In this document: positions 48,009 through 59,595 of the stretch, in pieces
How positions within the stretch are numbered: position 1 is the first letter of the stretch
Layout: each line of letters begins with the position of its first letter
Assembly (NCBI GenBank): GCA_021325635.1
Contig: JAJPGV010000018.1
Coordinates: forward strand, 94,412 to 158,411
DNA from: Chloroflexota bacterium
GTDB taxonomy: Bacteria > Chloroflexota > JAJPGV01
Direction: 5' to 3'
DNA: 64,000 nucleotides
Program-made: the position numbers and the translations under genes
The notes under the pieces: generated by a model
Told to the model about the DNA's origin: nothing
What the model saw: the letters and a program-made list of their open reading frames with translations, nothing else
The model's database searches: none

Positions 48009-49079
48009 CTACCCGAGCCCGTTCAAGAAGTCCACCGCCTGTTGCAGGGTGTCGACTTCGACCACGCGCATGTGGCGGGCTTGGGCGGTGGCTTCGGCGT
48101 AGTCGGCTTTGGGGACCAGGAAGTAGTCGGCTCTGTTGTCGGCGGCGATCACCTTGTCGTGCACGCCGCCAACGGGGCCTACGTTGCCTTGCAGGTCGAT
48201 CGTGCCGGTGGCGGCGATCTTGTGGCCATGGGTAAGGTCCGTTGGGCTTAGCGCCTGCATGATCGAGAGCGTCAGCACCAGCCCGGCCGACGGGCCGATG
48301 ATGCCCTTGGAGTCGATGGACACGGCTACCGGGAAGTCGTAGCGGGGCTGGAAGGTGAGGGTGCCGATGCCGAGATAGCCCGTCCGCGGTTGGCCGGGGC
48401 GGGCGCCCAGCGTCACCGTCAACGCGGTCTCGACCTCGCTGTTGTTGGGCTTGAGCCGCAGCTCCAGCTGGTCGCCCGGCTGCATGCCGCCCACCAGGCG
48501 GATGAGCTGCTCGTCGGTTTCCAGGGGCTGCCCCGCGGCCGCCACGATGAGGTCCCCCTTGTGGAGCCCGGCGGCTTCAGCCGGTGTCCCGGGCCGTACG
48601 CCGTCCACCACCACACCCTTGCCGTGCTGTGGCACGTCATAGCCGAGCTGCCGCAGCGCCGCAACCTTGGCCGCCGTCTGGCTGTCGGTCATCATGGCTT
48701 CCTCGATGTGGCGGAAGCTCTCGTAGCTGGTGTTGGGCGGGAGCTGTGTCCGCGCCGGCTCGAGGTGGGCGTTGGGGTAGACGTGGCTCAGCAGCCATTC
48801 GTCGGCATTTGCCGGGGCCGAATAGATCGTCACCAGCAGCAGCTCGCCCGGCTGGCTTTTCGGCGCCGAGCCTGGCACCGACACCATCTGGCTGGTGCTC
48901 AGCGCCTGGCCTGGCAGGACCAGGAAATAGCCGGTGTTGACGAACCAGCCGATGAGTGCCGCCAGCGCGACGGCGGCGCCCGGCACCAGCACCCAGGGGG
49001 AGGCGCCCGCCAGCCATGATTGGCCGTGCGTGCGCTCGCCGGCGCGGTGGCGAGCCTGAGGCCAGTTCATCCGATCCAT
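48009..49079 (-). CDS. YlbL-like secreted/membrane PDZ + Lon-protease (S16) C-terminal domain protein
   Basis: N-terminal TM, PDZ domain (GVVVDGVRPGTPAEAAGLHKGDLIVAAAG) and a Lon C-terminal domain with Ser-Lys (GPSAGL...K) pattern. Start at MDRMNW. Confidence 0.75.
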   Translation of the reverse strand: MDRMNWPQARHRAGERTHGQSWLAGASPWVLVPGAAVALAALIGWFVNTGYFLVLPGQALSTSQMVSVPGSAPKSQPGELLLVTIYSAPANADEWLLSHVYPNAHLEPARTQLPPNTSYESFRHIEEAMMTDSQTAAKVAALRQLGYDVPQHGKGVVVDGVRPGTPAEAAGLHKGDLIVAAAGQPLETDEQLIRLVGGMQPGDQLELRLKPNNSEVETALTVTLGARPGQPRTGYLGIGTLTFQPRYDFPVAVSIDSKGIIGPSAGLVLTLSIMQALSPTDLTHGHKIAATGTIDLQGNVGPVGGVHDKVIAADNRADYFLVPKADYAEATAQARHMRVVEVDTLQQAVDFLNGLG

Positions 49080-49140
49080 CCTACGGCCCGGGAAGCTGCC
49101 CGTATGCGCCGCGGGGTCAGATCGGTCCTGTGGGGGGCGC

Positions 49141-49785
49141 TCAGGCAGTGGCGTCTTCAGGTGGCGCGCCCAGCTGTTCGCGCAGGAGGTCGAGCGCTCG
49201 GTCCAGCCGCGTCTGGTTGGCCGGCGCGTTGAGCCAGCGGCTCGCGCCTGACGGATGCGGCAGCGGCAGCACCTGGCGGCCGTCGCGCGCGAACACCTCT
49301 CCCACCACGGCATCGAGCGAACGGCCCGGCAGGTACAGCTCGATGGCCAGGCGTCCCACGAGCACGATCAGCCCGGGCTCGATGGTCTCGAGCTGGCGCT
49401 CCAGCCAGGGGCGGCACAGCCGGATCTCAGCGGGCGACGGCGGCCGGTCTCCTCCGCCCGTCAGCGCCTTTCCCGGGAAGCACTTGGTTACCGAAGTGAT
49501 GTAGACGTGGCGGCGGAAGGCTGCTTCGTGCCAACCAATCCGCTCGAACCAGCGGAACAGCGCGCATCCGGCGCGACCGGCGAAGGGCGCTCCGGCAGCC
49601 TGCTCCACCTGTCCCGGCGCCTGGCCGATGAGCATCGCTCGGCCCGCCGCGCTCCGCAGCTTCGACGGTGAATAGGCCAGCGACACCACCGGCTGCGCGG
49701 TTTCGATGCAGCCGGCCTGCTGGCAGGCCCGGCAGGCGAGGATGTCGCGGTGGAGCGCCGCCAGCTTCTCGGCCCGTTGGCTCAC
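49141..49785 (-). CDS. uracil-DNA glycosylase, family 4 (Fe-S UDG)
   Basis: CRACQ...GQAPG...F.G.AG motif set (LIGQAPGQVEQAAGAPFAGRAG) and a C-terminal HPS pattern. Start set at GTG 49785 to avoid a 68-nt overlap with thrB; the ORF itself extends to 49863. Confidence 0.65.
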   Translation of the reverse strand: MSQRAEKLAALHRDILACRACQQAGCIETAQPVVSLAYSPSKLRSAAGRAMLIGQAPGQVEQAAGAPFAGRAGCALFRWFERIGWHEAAFRRHVYITSVTKCFPGKALTGGGDRPPSPAEIRLCRPWLERQLETIEPGLIVLVGRLAIELYLPGRSLDAVVGEVFARDGRQVLPLPHPSGASRWLNAPANQTRLDRALDLLREQLGAPPEDATA

Positions 49786-49795
49786 AGCGGCTGCG

Positions 49796-50752
49796 CTAGG
49801 ACGGCACGACCCGCGCGCCGTCGAAATCGATGCGCGCTTCGATGCTGCGCCCGGGCAAGCCAAGCGATTCGGCGGCGCTGGCCATGGCCGCGGCTACCGG
49901 CTCGGGCCTCTCGCAGAAGGCGAGGACGGTCGAGCCGGCGCCACTCAAGGCGGCCCCGGCGGCCCCGCCGTGCAGGGCGGCTTCGATTAACCGCGGCAGG
50001 GCAGGGAAGATGGCGCCGCGGTAGGGCTGGTGCAGCCGATCCTCCATGGCCCAGCGGAGCGCGGCCAGGTCTCCCGCCGCGAGGGCGGCAATCAGCAGCG
50101 CGGCGCGCCCGGTGTTGAACACCGCGTCGGCCCGCGATACGCGTTCGGGAAGCACCCGCCGCGCCTCGGCGGTCGACATAACAAAGTCAGGCACGAACAG
50201 GACGATGCGCGGTGGATGCTTGATCTCAGCCGGCAGCGTGAGGGCCCGTCCGTCGACCAGCGACGACACCTGCAGACCGCCGAAGAGAGCTGGGGCCAGG
50301 TTGTCGGGATGTCCCTCCAGGCCGATGCCCAGGTTGAGCAGGGCATGGCGGTCGAGCGGATCACCGGCCAGGGCGTTGGCCAGCACCAGCCCGGCGGCGA
50401 TGGCGGCGGCGCTGCTGCCGAGCCCGCGGGACAGCGGGATGCCGCTGTCGATACTCAAATGCAGGCCGGGAACCGAGGCGTGAACGGCTTCGAACACCAG
50501 ACGCATGGCGCGATACACCAGGTTTTCGGCATTCAGCGCAATTTCAGCTCGCTGGGCATCGGGCACCTCGATCGCGAGCTTGCCGCCGGTGACCTGGCAC
50601 TCGACCCGCAGATAGAGGTCCAGGGCGAGACCGAGGCAATCGAATCCCGGCCCGAGGTTGGCTGAGCTGCCCGGGACGCGGGCCGTGGCTTTGTGCAGAG
50701 GCGGCACGACGCTCGGCAGTATAGCCTCAGGGTGGGGCATGGCGTAGTTCAT
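49796..50752 (-). CDS. thrB: homoserine kinase
   Basis: GHMP kinase with the ThrB motif VPGSSANLGPGFDCLGLAL and the ATP motif PLSRGLGSSAAA. Confidence 0.85.
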   Translation of the reverse strand: MNYAMPHPEAILPSVVPPLHKATARVPGSSANLGPGFDCLGLALDLYLRVECQVTGGKLAIEVPDAQRAEIALNAENLVYRAMRLVFEAVHASVPGLHLSIDSGIPLSRGLGSSAAAIAAGLVLANALAGDPLDRHALLNLGIGLEGHPDNLAPALFGGLQVSSLVDGRALTLPAEIKHPPRIVLFVPDFVMSTAEARRVLPERVSRADAVFNTGRAALLIAALAAGDLAALRWAMEDRLHQPYRGAIFPALPRLIEAALHGGAAGAALSGAGSTVLAFCERPEPVAAAMASAAESLGLPGRSIEARIDFDGARVVPS

Positions 50753-50813
50753 GCTTCATTCACATGGAGAACCTGAAAGGCGTGGCCGGCTGTATGATGG
50801 TTAGCAGGCGAGA

Positions 50814-53309
50814 ATGAGGGCCGTTGTCATGGCCGGGGGCGAGGGTTCTCGCCTGCGGCCCCTTACTATCGGACGTCCCAAGCCGATGGTGCCCATCGTT
50901 GGCAAGCCGGTGATGGAGCACATCATCGAGCTGTTGCGGACCCATGGGTTTCGTGACATCGTGGCCACGCTGCAATACCTGCCCGGACTCATCCAGGACT
51001 ACTTCGGCGACGGCAGCGGCCTTGGTGTGAACATCGACTACGCGGTGGAAGATCGGCCGCTCGGCCCCGCCGGCAGCGTGAAGAACGCCAGCGCGTACCT
51101 GGACGGTACCTTCCTGGTGATCAGCGGCGATGCCGTGACCGATTTCGACTTGACCAAGGTGATCGAATTCCACAGGCGCAAGCGGGCCATCGCCACGTTG
51201 GTGCTGTACCGCGTTCCCAACCCGCTCGAGTACGGCGTGATCATCACCGACAACTCCGGGCGAATCCAGCAGTTCCTGGAGAAGCCCAGCTGGGGCGAGG
51301 TCTTCAGCGACACGGTCAATACCGGGATTTACGTGCTCGATCGGTCGGTCATGGACCTGGTGCCGGAAAATGAGAGCTTCGATTTCAGCCAAGACCTGTT
51401 CCCGATCCTGCTCGAGCGCGACGAGCCGATGTACGGCTATATCGCGCCGGGCTACTGGTGCGACGTGGGCAGCCTCAGCGAGTACATGCGCGCGGTTTCC
51501 GACATCCTCACCGGGGGCACGCAGATCGCGATGTCCGGCGAGGAGGTGCTGCCGGGGCTGTGGGTCGAGCAGGGCGCAAACTTCTCGCGCGAGGCCGAGA
51601 TCGTGGGCCCGGTGTACCTCGGACAGGATGCTCGCGTTCGGGCAGGGGCGCGCCTGGTCGGCCCGGCCGCCGTAGGCGCCTACTCGATCGTCGACAGCGG
51701 CGCGTCGGTGGAGCGCTCCATCATCTGGAGCAACTCGTACATCGGCGAGCGGGCGCAGCTCAGCGGCGCGATCGTCGGCAATCGCTGCAACCTGCGCAGC
51801 CGGTCGGTGGTGCTCCAGGGAGGGGTGATCGGGGACAACACGGTCATCGGCGAAGGCGCGATCGTGCAGAGCGACGTGCGGGTGTGGCCGAACAAGGAGC
51901 TGGAGACCGGCGCCAGCCTGAACGAGAGCCTGATATGGGGCGGCCGGGCGCATCGATCGCTGTTCGGCGCCTACGGCATCGCCGGCCTGGTGAACGTGGA
52001 CATCACGCCGGAGTTCGCCGCTCGCATCGGGGCGGCCTACGGTGCCGTGCTGCCCAAGGGCGCCATGGTGACCATCAATCGCGACCCGCATCGCAGCCCG
52101 CGCATGATCAAGCGGGCCATGATCGCCGGCCTGCCGTCGGCTGGGGCCAACGTGACCGACATTCAGACGGTGCCCATTCCGGTGGCCCGCTACAGCACCC
52201 GCCATACCAGCGCCGCCGGTGGCATCCACGTGCGCATCTCCCCCTACGACGACCGCCTGATCGAGATCAAGTTCTTCGATGCCCAGGGTATGGACCTGGA
52301 TAAGGCCGCCGAACGCAAGATCGAGAACACCTTCTTCCGCGAGGACTTCCGGCGGGTCTACCTCGACGACATCGGTTCGATCGTGGTCGACGATCAGGCG
52401 GACCGCGCCTACAGCACGGCCTTCATCAAAGCGCTCGACCTGGAGGCGATCCGCTCGGCGGATTTCAAGGTGGTCATCGACTATGCCCACGGCAGCTCCG
52501 CGCTCGTTTTCCCGCGTATCCTGAACCAGCTCGGCTGCGAAGTGGTGGCCATCAACTCCAGCGTCGACGAGCTGCGGATGTTCCGCACCGCGGAGCAGTT
52601 CGATCAGGAGATGCAGCAGCTGGGTGCAATCACCAGCGCGCTCAGCTACGACTTCGGGGTGCGCATCGACCTTGGCGGCGAGAAGATCTTCCTCGTCGAC
52701 AACAGGGGCCGGCTGCTCGATCGGATGACGGCCTTCGCCGCCCTGGCGTCGCTGTATCTGCGCCAGCATCCGGGCCAGTCCCTGGTGGCGCCGGTGTCGG
52801 TGCCACTGGCATTCGAGCGGCTGGCCGGCGAAGCCGGCAGCAAGGTGCTGTACGCTCGATCGGCCGCCCATTCGCTGATGGCCACGGCCAGCCGGAAAGG
52901 CGTGGGCCTGGCCGGTGATGGTGACGGCGGCTTCGTCATCCCGTCCTTCCTGCCGGCCTTCGACGCCATGATGGCTATCGCCAAGCTCATCGAGCTGCTG
53001 GCCCAAGCCGGTGTGACCCTGTCCGAAGTGGTAGACGGCCTGCCGTCGTACTATCTCAGCTCGGCAGACGTGAGCTGCCCCTGGGAGTACAAGGGGAAGG
53101 TGATGCGCATGCTGAGCGAGCAATACCGCGGCGCCGGGGGTAACGGACAGGTGGATGGGATCAAGATCGGCTTGGACGGCGGCTGGGTCCTGATCCTGCC
53201 GGACGCCGACCGGCCGATGTTCCACATCACGGCCGAAGCGCCGGACAATGAGGGTGCCAGGAAGCTGGTAGCGGAGTACGGGGATCTCGTACAGAGCCTG
53301 GCTCGTTGA
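50814..53309 (+). CDS. bifunctional mannose-1-phosphate guanylyltransferase / phosphomannomutase (NTP-transferase + LbH + PGM/PMM domains)
   Basis: N-terminal [13 protein letters not shown]...KPMVPI nucleotidyltransferase, a hexapeptide left-handed beta-helix, then alpha-D-phosphohexomutase domains with active-site Ser loop (TSAAGGIH). 831 aa. Confidence 0.85.
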   Translation: MRAVVMAGGEGSRLRPLTIGRPKPMVPIVGKPVMEHIIELLRTHGFRDIVATLQYLPGLIQDYFGDGSGLGVNIDYAVEDRPLGPAGSVKNASAYLDGTFLVISGDAVTDFDLTKVIEFHRRKRAIATLVLYRVPNPLEYGVIITDNSGRIQQFLEKPSWGEVFSDTVNTGIYVLDRSVMDLVPENESFDFSQDLFPILLERDEPMYGYIAPGYWCDVGSLSEYMRAVSDILTGGTQIAMSGEEVLPGLWVEQGANFSREAEIVGPVYLGQDARVRAGARLVGPAAVGAYSIVDSGASVERSIIWSNSYIGERAQLSGAIVGNRCNLRSRSVVLQGGVIGDNTVIGEGAIVQSDVRVWPNKELETGASLNESLIWGGRAHRSLFGAYGIAGLVNVDITPEFAARIGAAYGAVLPKGAMVTINRDPHRSPRMIKRAMIAGLPSAGANVTDIQTVPIPVARYSTRHTSAAGGIHVRISPYDDRLIEIKFFDAQGMDLDKAAERKIENTFFREDFRRVYLDDIGSIVVDDQADRAYSTAFIKALDLEAIRSADFKVVIDYAHGSSALVFPRILNQLGCEVVAINSSVDELRMFRTAEQFDQEMQQLGAITSALSYDFGVRIDLGGEKIFLVDNRGRLLDRMTAFAALASLYLRQHPGQSLVAPVSVPLAFERLAGEAGSKVLYARSAAHSLMATASRKGVGLAGDGDGGFVIPSFLPAFDAMMAIAKLIELLAQAGVTLSEVVDGLPSYYLSSADVSCPWEYKGKVMRMLSEQYRGAGGNGQVDGIKIGLDGGWVLILPDADRPMFHITAEAPDNEGARKLVAEYGDLVQSLAR

Positions 53310-53486
53310 GCGCTGCGGCTCCGGCCTCCATCACGGCCTAGGAGTGCAGCCGGAAAGCCCGTTGCGGCCCACTGACCACCCCAATCGGCCTCGCCCTAGC
53401 CGGGCGAACTGCCCCGCCGGGCCGCTCCGGGCGAGCGCAGGCCGCTTTCCGGCTGCACTCCTAGGACAGGCACAACAGCGGCCGTC

Positions 53487-54338
53487 ATGAAAATTGCCCT
53501 GGCGCAGATTGCGCCGAAGCTCGGAGATCTGCCCAGCAACCTGGCGCTGCACCTGGAATGGATCCGGCAGGCCAAGCAGTCGGGCTGTGACCTCGTGGTC
53601 TTCCCGGAGCTGTCCTTGACTGGCTATTTCCTCGAGGAGCTGGCCTACCACGTGTGCCTGCGGCTGGATTCCCCCGAGCTCGGCCAGCTGTGCGAGGCTG
53701 CCCGCGGGACGTCGGCGGTGGTCAGCTTCGTGGAGGAGACGAGCGACTTCCACTACTTCATCTCGGCGGCCTTCATCGAGGACGGGGCCATAAAGCACGT
53801 CCATCGCAAGGTCTACCTGCCGACGTACGGCATGTTCACCGACCAGCGCTACTTCGCCGAGGGAGACCGTATCAGGGCGTTCGACGCCGGCTTTGGACGT
53901 GTGGGCCTGCTCATTTGCGAGGATTTCTGGCACAACTCGGCGGTCAGCATCCTGGCGGCCGACGGGGCGAATTACCTGATCAACGTCAGCAGCAGTCCCG
54001 GGCGTGGGGTGGTGACCGGCGGCCGAACGCTTGGCAGCTCCGACGCGGTCGAGATGCTGAACCGCATGTACGCCCAGTTCTTCACCAGCTTCGTCTTCTT
54101 CTGCAACCGTGTCGGCTACGAAGATGGCATCAACTTCTGGGGGGGCTCGGAGGTCATTGGGCCGGATGGTGAGTGCCTGGCCAAGGCGCCCTACTTCGAC
54201 GAACAGCTGCTGTGCGTCGAGATCGATCCCTCAGCCCTGCGCCGCGTGCGTATCAATCTTCCGTTGCTGCGCGACGAGAAGCTGGAGCTGACGCTGCGTG
54301 AGTACCAGCGCATCCTGGAGCAGCGTTTTGGCCGCTAA
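53487..54338 (+). CDS. carbon-nitrogen hydrolase (nitrilase superfamily), likely the glutaminase partner of NadE
   Basis: Catalytic E-K-C pattern ([11 protein letters not shown]...HRKVYLP...LLICEDFWH). Overlaps nadE by ~40 nt. Confidence 0.8.
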   Translation: MKIALAQIAPKLGDLPSNLALHLEWIRQAKQSGCDLVVFPELSLTGYFLEELAYHVCLRLDSPELGQLCEAARGTSAVVSFVEETSDFHYFISAAFIEDGAIKHVHRKVYLPTYGMFTDQRYFAEGDRIRAFDAGFGRVGLLICEDFWHNSAVSILAADGANYLINVSSSPGRGVVTGGRTLGSSDAVEMLNRMYAQFFTSFVFFCNRVGYEDGINFWGGSEVIGPDGECLAKAPYFDEQLLCVEIDPSALRRVRINLPLLRDEKLELTLREYQRILEQRFGR

Positions 54339-55221
54339 GGCGGGGCCGCCATCCAGCAAGGACGGGGCTGGGCGGCCCGCGGACAGCGCTTCGCGCCTGC
54401 CCGATCGCCTGGCCATCAACACGGCTACGACTGAGCGGCTGCTCACGGGTTTCATCGCCAATGAGGTGCGTAAGGTGGGCTTTCAACGGGTGGTGGTTGG
54501 CCTGTCCGGCGGGATCGATTCCGCGCTGTCGGCCTTCCTGGCGGCCAGGGCACTGGGCCCCGAGAACGTCACCGCCATCATGATGCCCTACAGGACCAGC
54601 AGTCCCGAGAGCCTGGCGGACGCCCAGTCGGTGGTCGATCATCTGGCTGTCGGCAGCAAGCTCATCGAGATTACGCCGATGGCCGACGCATTCATCGCCC
54701 AGAGCAACGCGGATACCAACAAGCGCAAAGGCAACGTGATGGCCCGCACCCGAATGGTCGTGCTGTACGACCAGTCGGAGGCGTTGAACGCCCTGGTGCT
54801 TGGCACCAGTAACAAGACCGAGCTGCTGCTGGGCTACGGCACGCTCCATGGGGACATGGCCTCGGCCATCAACCCACTGGGGGATCTCTACAAGACCCAG
54901 GTTTGGGCATTGAGCGAAGCGCTGGGTGTGCCCGACAGCATCGTGAACAAGCCGCCAACGGCCGACCTATGGGTTGGCCAGACCGACGAGGGCGAGCTTG
55001 GCTTCAGCTACCGGGCGGTGGATGAGGTCCTGTTTCAGCTGGTGGACGAGCGCTACTCAGAGGACGAGCTCGTCGAGCGCGGTTACGATGCGACCTTCGT
55101 GCGCAAGGTAGCGCGGCTGATCATGATCTCCCAGTTCAAACGAGCGCTGCCGGTTATCGCCAAGATCTCGGCGCGAACGATTACCCGCGAGTTCCGCTAT
55201 CCGCGGGATTGGGGTCGCTGA
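54298..55221 (+). CDS. nadE: NAD+ synthetase (stand-alone NadE domain)
   Basis: PP-loop SGGIDS and a NadE fold. Start is GTG 54298 or TTG 54328. Confidence 0.85.
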   Translation: MSTSASWSSVLAAKAGPPSSKDGAGRPADSASRLPDRLAINTATTERLLTGFIANEVRKVGFQRVVVGLSGGIDSALSAFLAARALGPENVTAIMMPYRTSSPESLADAQSVVDHLAVGSKLIEITPMADAFIAQSNADTNKRKGNVMARTRMVVLYDQSEALNALVLGTSNKTELLLGYGTLHGDMASAINPLGDLYKTQVWALSEALGVPDSIVNKPPTADLWVGQTDEGELGFSYRAVDEVLFQLVDERYSEDELVERGYDATFVRKVARLIMISQFKRALPVIAKISARTITREFRYPRDWGR

Positions 55222-55256
55222 GCGGCGATACGCCGCTCAGCGACCCCAATCCCGCG

Positions 55257-58160
55257 TTACGCTGCCGCCATCTCGAATAGCCGTCGCGGCTGACGCCGCA
55301 CCCAGCGCTCGAGATCGCCGATCGCCATCGGCCGGCTGATGTGATAGCCCTGGGCGCTGTCACAGCCCAGGCGCCGCAGCAGATCGAGCGTCTCTTCGTC
55401 CTCCACGCCTTCGGCAATGACATATGCCCCCAACGCATGGCCAAGGTCGATGGTCGCCTGCACGATGGCCCGGTCCTTGGCGCTGCTCGCCATTCTCTGC
55501 ACGAAGCTGCGGTCGATTTTCAGCTCGTCCACAGCCAGCTGCCGAAGGTAGCTGAGCGACGAGTAGCCGGTTCCGAAATCGTCGATGGAGATGCGGGCGC
55601 CCAGCGTGCGCAGCCCGGCCAGTGTCGCCTGGGCTATCGCCGGGTTGCTCATCATAGCGCTTTCGGTGATCTCCACCACCAGCTGGCCTTTGGCCGGCTT
55701 CCAGCGCTCCATGAGCTGCCCCATGTAGCTGGTCAGGAGCGGATCGTGCAGATCCAGCATGGAGAGATTGACTGCCACCGGCAGCTCCACGCCGCGCACG
55801 CTGAGCGTCTCTCGATGGCGGAAGGCCGCATCCAGCACCCAGCGGCTCAGCTGCCGGATCGAGCCGGTTTGCTCGGCCAGCGGAATGAACTGATCGGGAG
55901 GGACGATGCCCAGCTCAGGGTGGCGCCAGCGGACCAGCGCTTCCATGCCATCGGGCTGGCCCGACGCCAGGTCCAGCCGGGGTTGGAATTCGAGCATCAG
56001 CTGATCCAGGGCGACCGCCTGGCCGAGGTCGGACGCCAGCATCAGGCGTCCCGCGGTTTCGGAATCCATTTTGGGGTCGTAGCGCACGTAGCCTTCGTGG
56101 GCCTGCTTGGCGGCATACATCGCCACGTCCGCGTGTCGCAGCAGCGTCTCGGCGTCGCCGCCATGTTCCGGGCACAGGGCGATGCCGATGCTGCCGTCGA
56201 TCCGGATTGGACGGTCCTGCAGCACGATTGGCGCGCTCAGGACCTCGAGCACTTTGGCCGCCACGATCGCGGCCCCCTCCGAGCGTTGGACCGGTGTCAA
56301 CAGGATGGCGAACTCATCTCCCCCCAGCCGGGCAACCGTATCGGATTTGCGCAGGACCGACTGCAGCCGCCGGCCAATCTCCTGGAGCAGGCGGTCGCCC
56401 GCCGCGTGGCCGAGCGTGTCGTTGACTTCCTTGAATCTGTCGAGATCGAGCAGCAGCAGCGCCGTGCGGCGATCCCCGCGCTGGGCGGACAGAATGGCCT
56501 GGCTGAGACGGTCCTGGAGGAGGCGTCTGTTCGGAAGTCCGGTCAGGCTGTCGTATAACGCCTGCTCCGCCAGGGTGGCCTGGGCATGGGCGTTTTCCAG
56601 CATGACCGCCGCGTAGCTGGCCAGCGCTTCGGCCAGCCTGATTTGCGACGGTGTTGGGGAGACGTCCTCCTGCCAGCCGATTCTGATGGCCCCCAACGGC
56701 TCCGAGCTGCCGATCATTGGGGTGGCCAGCACCGTTCCCTTCGTTTGGTTGATAGACCTTCGGCCCTCGAAGGCATTCCTGTCCAGCCGCTCGATGAGCA
56801 CAGTACGCCGCTCCGCGACTGCTTTGGAAGTGGCTCCGATCCCACTGCCTGGGGCCTTGGGCAGCCACTTGGCTGCGCGACCGCTGCGGGATTCGTACCA
56901 CCAGATGCCGCGATCCTCTCGAATCAGCCGGATCCCGAAATACTGGGCTTTGAGGAGCTGCGAGCCCCGTTCGCAGATCAAGCTGATGGCGCGGTTGAGG
57001 TCGTTGCCGGCGGCGCAATCGCGGACCAGATTGGCCAGCGCTTCTGCCTCGGCCCGTTTCGCTTCGGATTCCACGCGGGATTGGGCATTGTCCAGCACCG
57101 CTGCTCCGTAGGCCGCTAGGGCTTCGGCCAGCCTGACCTGGGCTTGGCTGGGAATGACTTCCGTGCGCCACCCCAGCACGAGGGCTCCCAGGACACGGCC
57201 GAGGAAGGTGAGCGGCGTGGCCAGCTCTACCAGTCCGCCCTCGTTCGCCCTCACCGAGGTCGGATCGATGGCGAGCCCTTGGTCTATAGCGTCCTGGGTG
57301 CGTGTGATGAACGTGCGTCCGGTCTGCACGGCTTTGGTGGCGCTTCCCAGGTGGCGTGCCCGCCGAGGCCTGGTCCAGGCATCGGAACGGTTGCCCCACA
57401 TGCCGCGCCAGACCACGTTGCCTGCTTCGTCGACGATGCGCACGCCGGCGTAATCCGCGCCGACGTGCTTGGTCGCTCGCTCGCAGATGAGATTGATGAT
57501 CTTGTCAGGACAGGGTGAGGCCGCACCCTCGCGCACGAGCTCAGCCATCGCTTCGGCTTGCACGCGCCGCTGCTCTGAGTCGGCCTGCAGTCTCGATGCT
57601 TCCAGCAAGGGCGCGACCTGGGCAGCGAGCAGCTCCAGGAGACGCACGTGCTGTGGCTTGAACGCTCGATGGCTGAAGCTCAGCGCTACCAGCGCTCCGA
57701 GGGGCCGGTCGCACATGCGGGGGGGGACTGCCAGCGCGCTTTGCAGGCCCTGCAAATGAGCGCGGCGCCGCGCGCCTGGCCAGTTGGGATAGTCCGGCAC
57801 GACGACCGGGCGGCCGGTCTCATAGGCCTGGCCCACCAGGCCTGCGCCCGGTTGGACCTGCAGATCGGCTTCGGCTCGCTTGGGGCCGCTCTCGGCCAGG
57901 AGCCTCAGCACGCCTGCTTCCGGGTCTGCCTGATACAGCGCCACGTTGTCGATGGCGAGGAGGTCATGAGCGCTATCCACGACCAGCTGGCCCAGCGCAA
58001 CGGGCTCGAGGATTTCGCCCGCGGCGCTGGCGAAGTTGTGCAGAGCGCTGAGCGCTCGAGCCGGATTTCGCCGCCGCGACTGGGCTTCGCCGGCGGTCTC
58101 GGCCGCGCCGCGCGTTTGAACAACCACCTCAGTACGGCTGCTCGGTTTGTGCTCCATCAT
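55257..58160 (-). CDS. multi-GAF sensor diguanylate cyclase/phosphodiesterase (GGDEF-EAL)
   Basis: 967 aa with tandem GAF domains, the GGDEF motif (RLGGDEFAILL) and an EAL domain (ELKIDRSFV, DDFGTGYSSLSYL). Confidence 0.85.
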   Translation of the reverse strand: MMEHKPSSRTEVVVQTRGAAETAGEAQSRRRNPARALSALHNFASAAGEILEPVALGQLVVDSAHDLLAIDNVALYQADPEAGVLRLLAESGPKRAEADLQVQPGAGLVGQAYETGRPVVVPDYPNWPGARRRAHLQGLQSALAVPPRMCDRPLGALVALSFSHRAFKPQHVRLLELLAAQVAPLLEASRLQADSEQRRVQAEAMAELVREGAASPCPDKIINLICERATKHVGADYAGVRIVDEAGNVVWRGMWGNRSDAWTRPRRARHLGSATKAVQTGRTFITRTQDAIDQGLAIDPTSVRANEGGLVELATPLTFLGRVLGALVLGWRTEVIPSQAQVRLAEALAAYGAAVLDNAQSRVESEAKRAEAEALANLVRDCAAGNDLNRAISLICERGSQLLKAQYFGIRLIREDRGIWWYESRSGRAAKWLPKAPGSGIGATSKAVAERRTVLIERLDRNAFEGRRSINQTKGTVLATPMIGSSEPLGAIRIGWQEDVSPTPSQIRLAEALASYAAVMLENAHAQATLAEQALYDSLTGLPNRRLLQDRLSQAILSAQRGDRRTALLLLDLDRFKEVNDTLGHAAGDRLLQEIGRRLQSVLRKSDTVARLGGDEFAILLTPVQRSEGAAIVAAKVLEVLSAPIVLQDRPIRIDGSIGIALCPEHGGDAETLLRHADVAMYAAKQAHEGYVRYDPKMDSETAGRLMLASDLGQAVALDQLMLEFQPRLDLASGQPDGMEALVRWRHPELGIVPPDQFIPLAEQTGSIRQLSRWVLDAAFRHRETLSVRGVELPVAVNLSMLDLHDPLLTSYMGQLMERWKPAKGQLVVEITESAMMSNPAIAQATLAGLRTLGARISIDDFGTGYSSLSYLRQLAVDELKIDRSFVQRMASSAKDRAIVQATIDLGHALGAYVIAEGVEDEETLDLLRRLGCDSAQGYHISRPMAIGDLERWVRRQPRRLFEMAAA

Positions 58161-58454
58161 CGTTCCCTCCCCGACAGGCTGGGCAGTGGCTGGTATGGAT
58201 TCGGATTGCCTAGCCCTATCGCTCTATCCCAAGCTATCCCTGGCGGCCGCACAAGGGTGTGTCAGGTTCGTTGCAAGATCGCACAGCCTGGCCGTCCTCC
58301 GTTCGGGGCGGTGATAGCGTTTGGCGAGGAGGCGAGTCCTTATAATGCGGCTGACCGGTAGTCGTTCCGCTCGTGGGGCGGCGCCGAGCTACGACTGTCC
58401 GCCGAACTGAGCCTATGGCCCCGCTCGACAGGATGCCGAACGGGAGGAGCACGC

Positions 58455-59564
58455 ATGAAACGCATAGACGCCGACAGCCACTTCCTGCCGCCCTGTGAGC
58501 TGGACGGCCTGGACGACGTCCTGCCGGGCTTTAGTCCCGAGGCGCTCCGAATCATCGAGCGTGACGCCCAGGTGCTGGCCGATCCCGACGCTCGGCGCGG
58601 CGGCTTTCGAGCGACGGCCGCCGGTAAGGAAGCGAGCAGGATTCAGCCGCGCAAGGGGGCGATCGGTCTCGCCGATCCGGCCGAGCGCGTAGAGCTGCTG
58701 CCGCAGACCGGTTTCGACATGCAGGTGCTCATCCCGCACGGCATCTACGCCAATCCGTTTGGTTCCCCCCTGGGCCCCGATATGGAGCCCGGCCTGCGCA
58801 TGGCGCTCTGCCGAGCCTATAACCTGGCGGCCGCCGACGCCCAGAAGCGCTTCCCCGATCGGCTCATCGGCACGGCCATCGTGCCCTTTGGGGACGTGGA
58901 GGAATCCTGCCGCGAAGCAGCGTACGCCGTGTGCGAGCTGGGCCTGCGCGCGGTGACCATCAACGGCAACTGGGTTGGACGCAACTACGACAGCGTGGAG
59001 CTGTTCCCTTTCTGGAAGAAGATGAACGAGCTCGAGGCGGTGCTGTACGTGCACCACAACCCGTTTCCATGCCAGGTGAGCGAGCACCTGGTGCGCACCT
59101 ACACGCTCGGCTGGGAGCGCATGCGCCGGCTGCACGTCAGCAATTACCTGGGCTTTGCCTTCGAGTACATGATGGGCATGGCCAGCCTCACGTTGGGCGG
59201 GGTGCTGGAACAGTTCCCCAAGCTCAAGTTCTGCTTCTTCGAGGCGGGCGGGTCCTTCCTGCCATACACCATGTACACGCTCGATCGCGTCTACAGAGTG
59301 GAGCCGCAGTGCGCCCGCTGCTCGCGTCCGCCCAGCGAGATGATCCGCGAAGCCTGCTTCGTGGCCGTGGAGCCGGACGAGTTCTGCCTGCCGCAGAGCG
59401 TGGCCGCCATTGGCAGCGAGAATTTCATCATCGGCAGCGACTATCCCCACGCTCCATCGACGTTCCCCAATACCGCGGCTGGTATCGAGCGCATGGATGG
59501 CCTGTCAGACCGGGACAAGGAGAACATTCTGGGCGGAAACATGCAGCGCCTGTTCCGCCTCTAG
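58455..59564 (+). CDS. amidohydrolase-2 family metal-dependent hydrolase (ACMSD/decarboxylase-like)
   Basis: PF04909-like pattern (DSHFLPP...VLYVHHNPF...FEAGGSF...IGSDYPH). Confidence 0.7.
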   Translation: MKRIDADSHFLPPCELDGLDDVLPGFSPEALRIIERDAQVLADPDARRGGFRATAAGKEASRIQPRKGAIGLADPAERVELLPQTGFDMQVLIPHGIYANPFGSPLGPDMEPGLRMALCRAYNLAAADAQKRFPDRLIGTAIVPFGDVEESCREAAYAVCELGLRAVTINGNWVGRNYDSVELFPFWKKMNELEAVLYVHHNPFPCQVSEHLVRTYTLGWERMRRLHVSNYLGFAFEYMMGMASLTLGGVLEQFPKLKFCFFEAGGSFLPYTMYTLDRVYRVEPQCARCSRPPSEMIREACFVAVEPDEFCLPQSVAAIGSENFIIGSDYPHAPSTFPNTAAGIERMDGLSDRDKENILGGNMQRLFRL

Positions 59565-59595
59565 CCGGGAAAAGAAACAGCAGGGAGAAAGCAAT

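Noticed and set aside
49785-49863. Annotated UDG N-terminus overlapping the thrB 3' end by 68 nt
   Set aside because: Probably an over-extended ORF call. An internal GTG (49785) gives a UDG N-terminus matching the family-4 start, so it is not treated as a real overlap.
50760-53225. 821-aa ORF on the minus strand
   Set aside because: Antisense to the ManC/ManB bifunctional gene.
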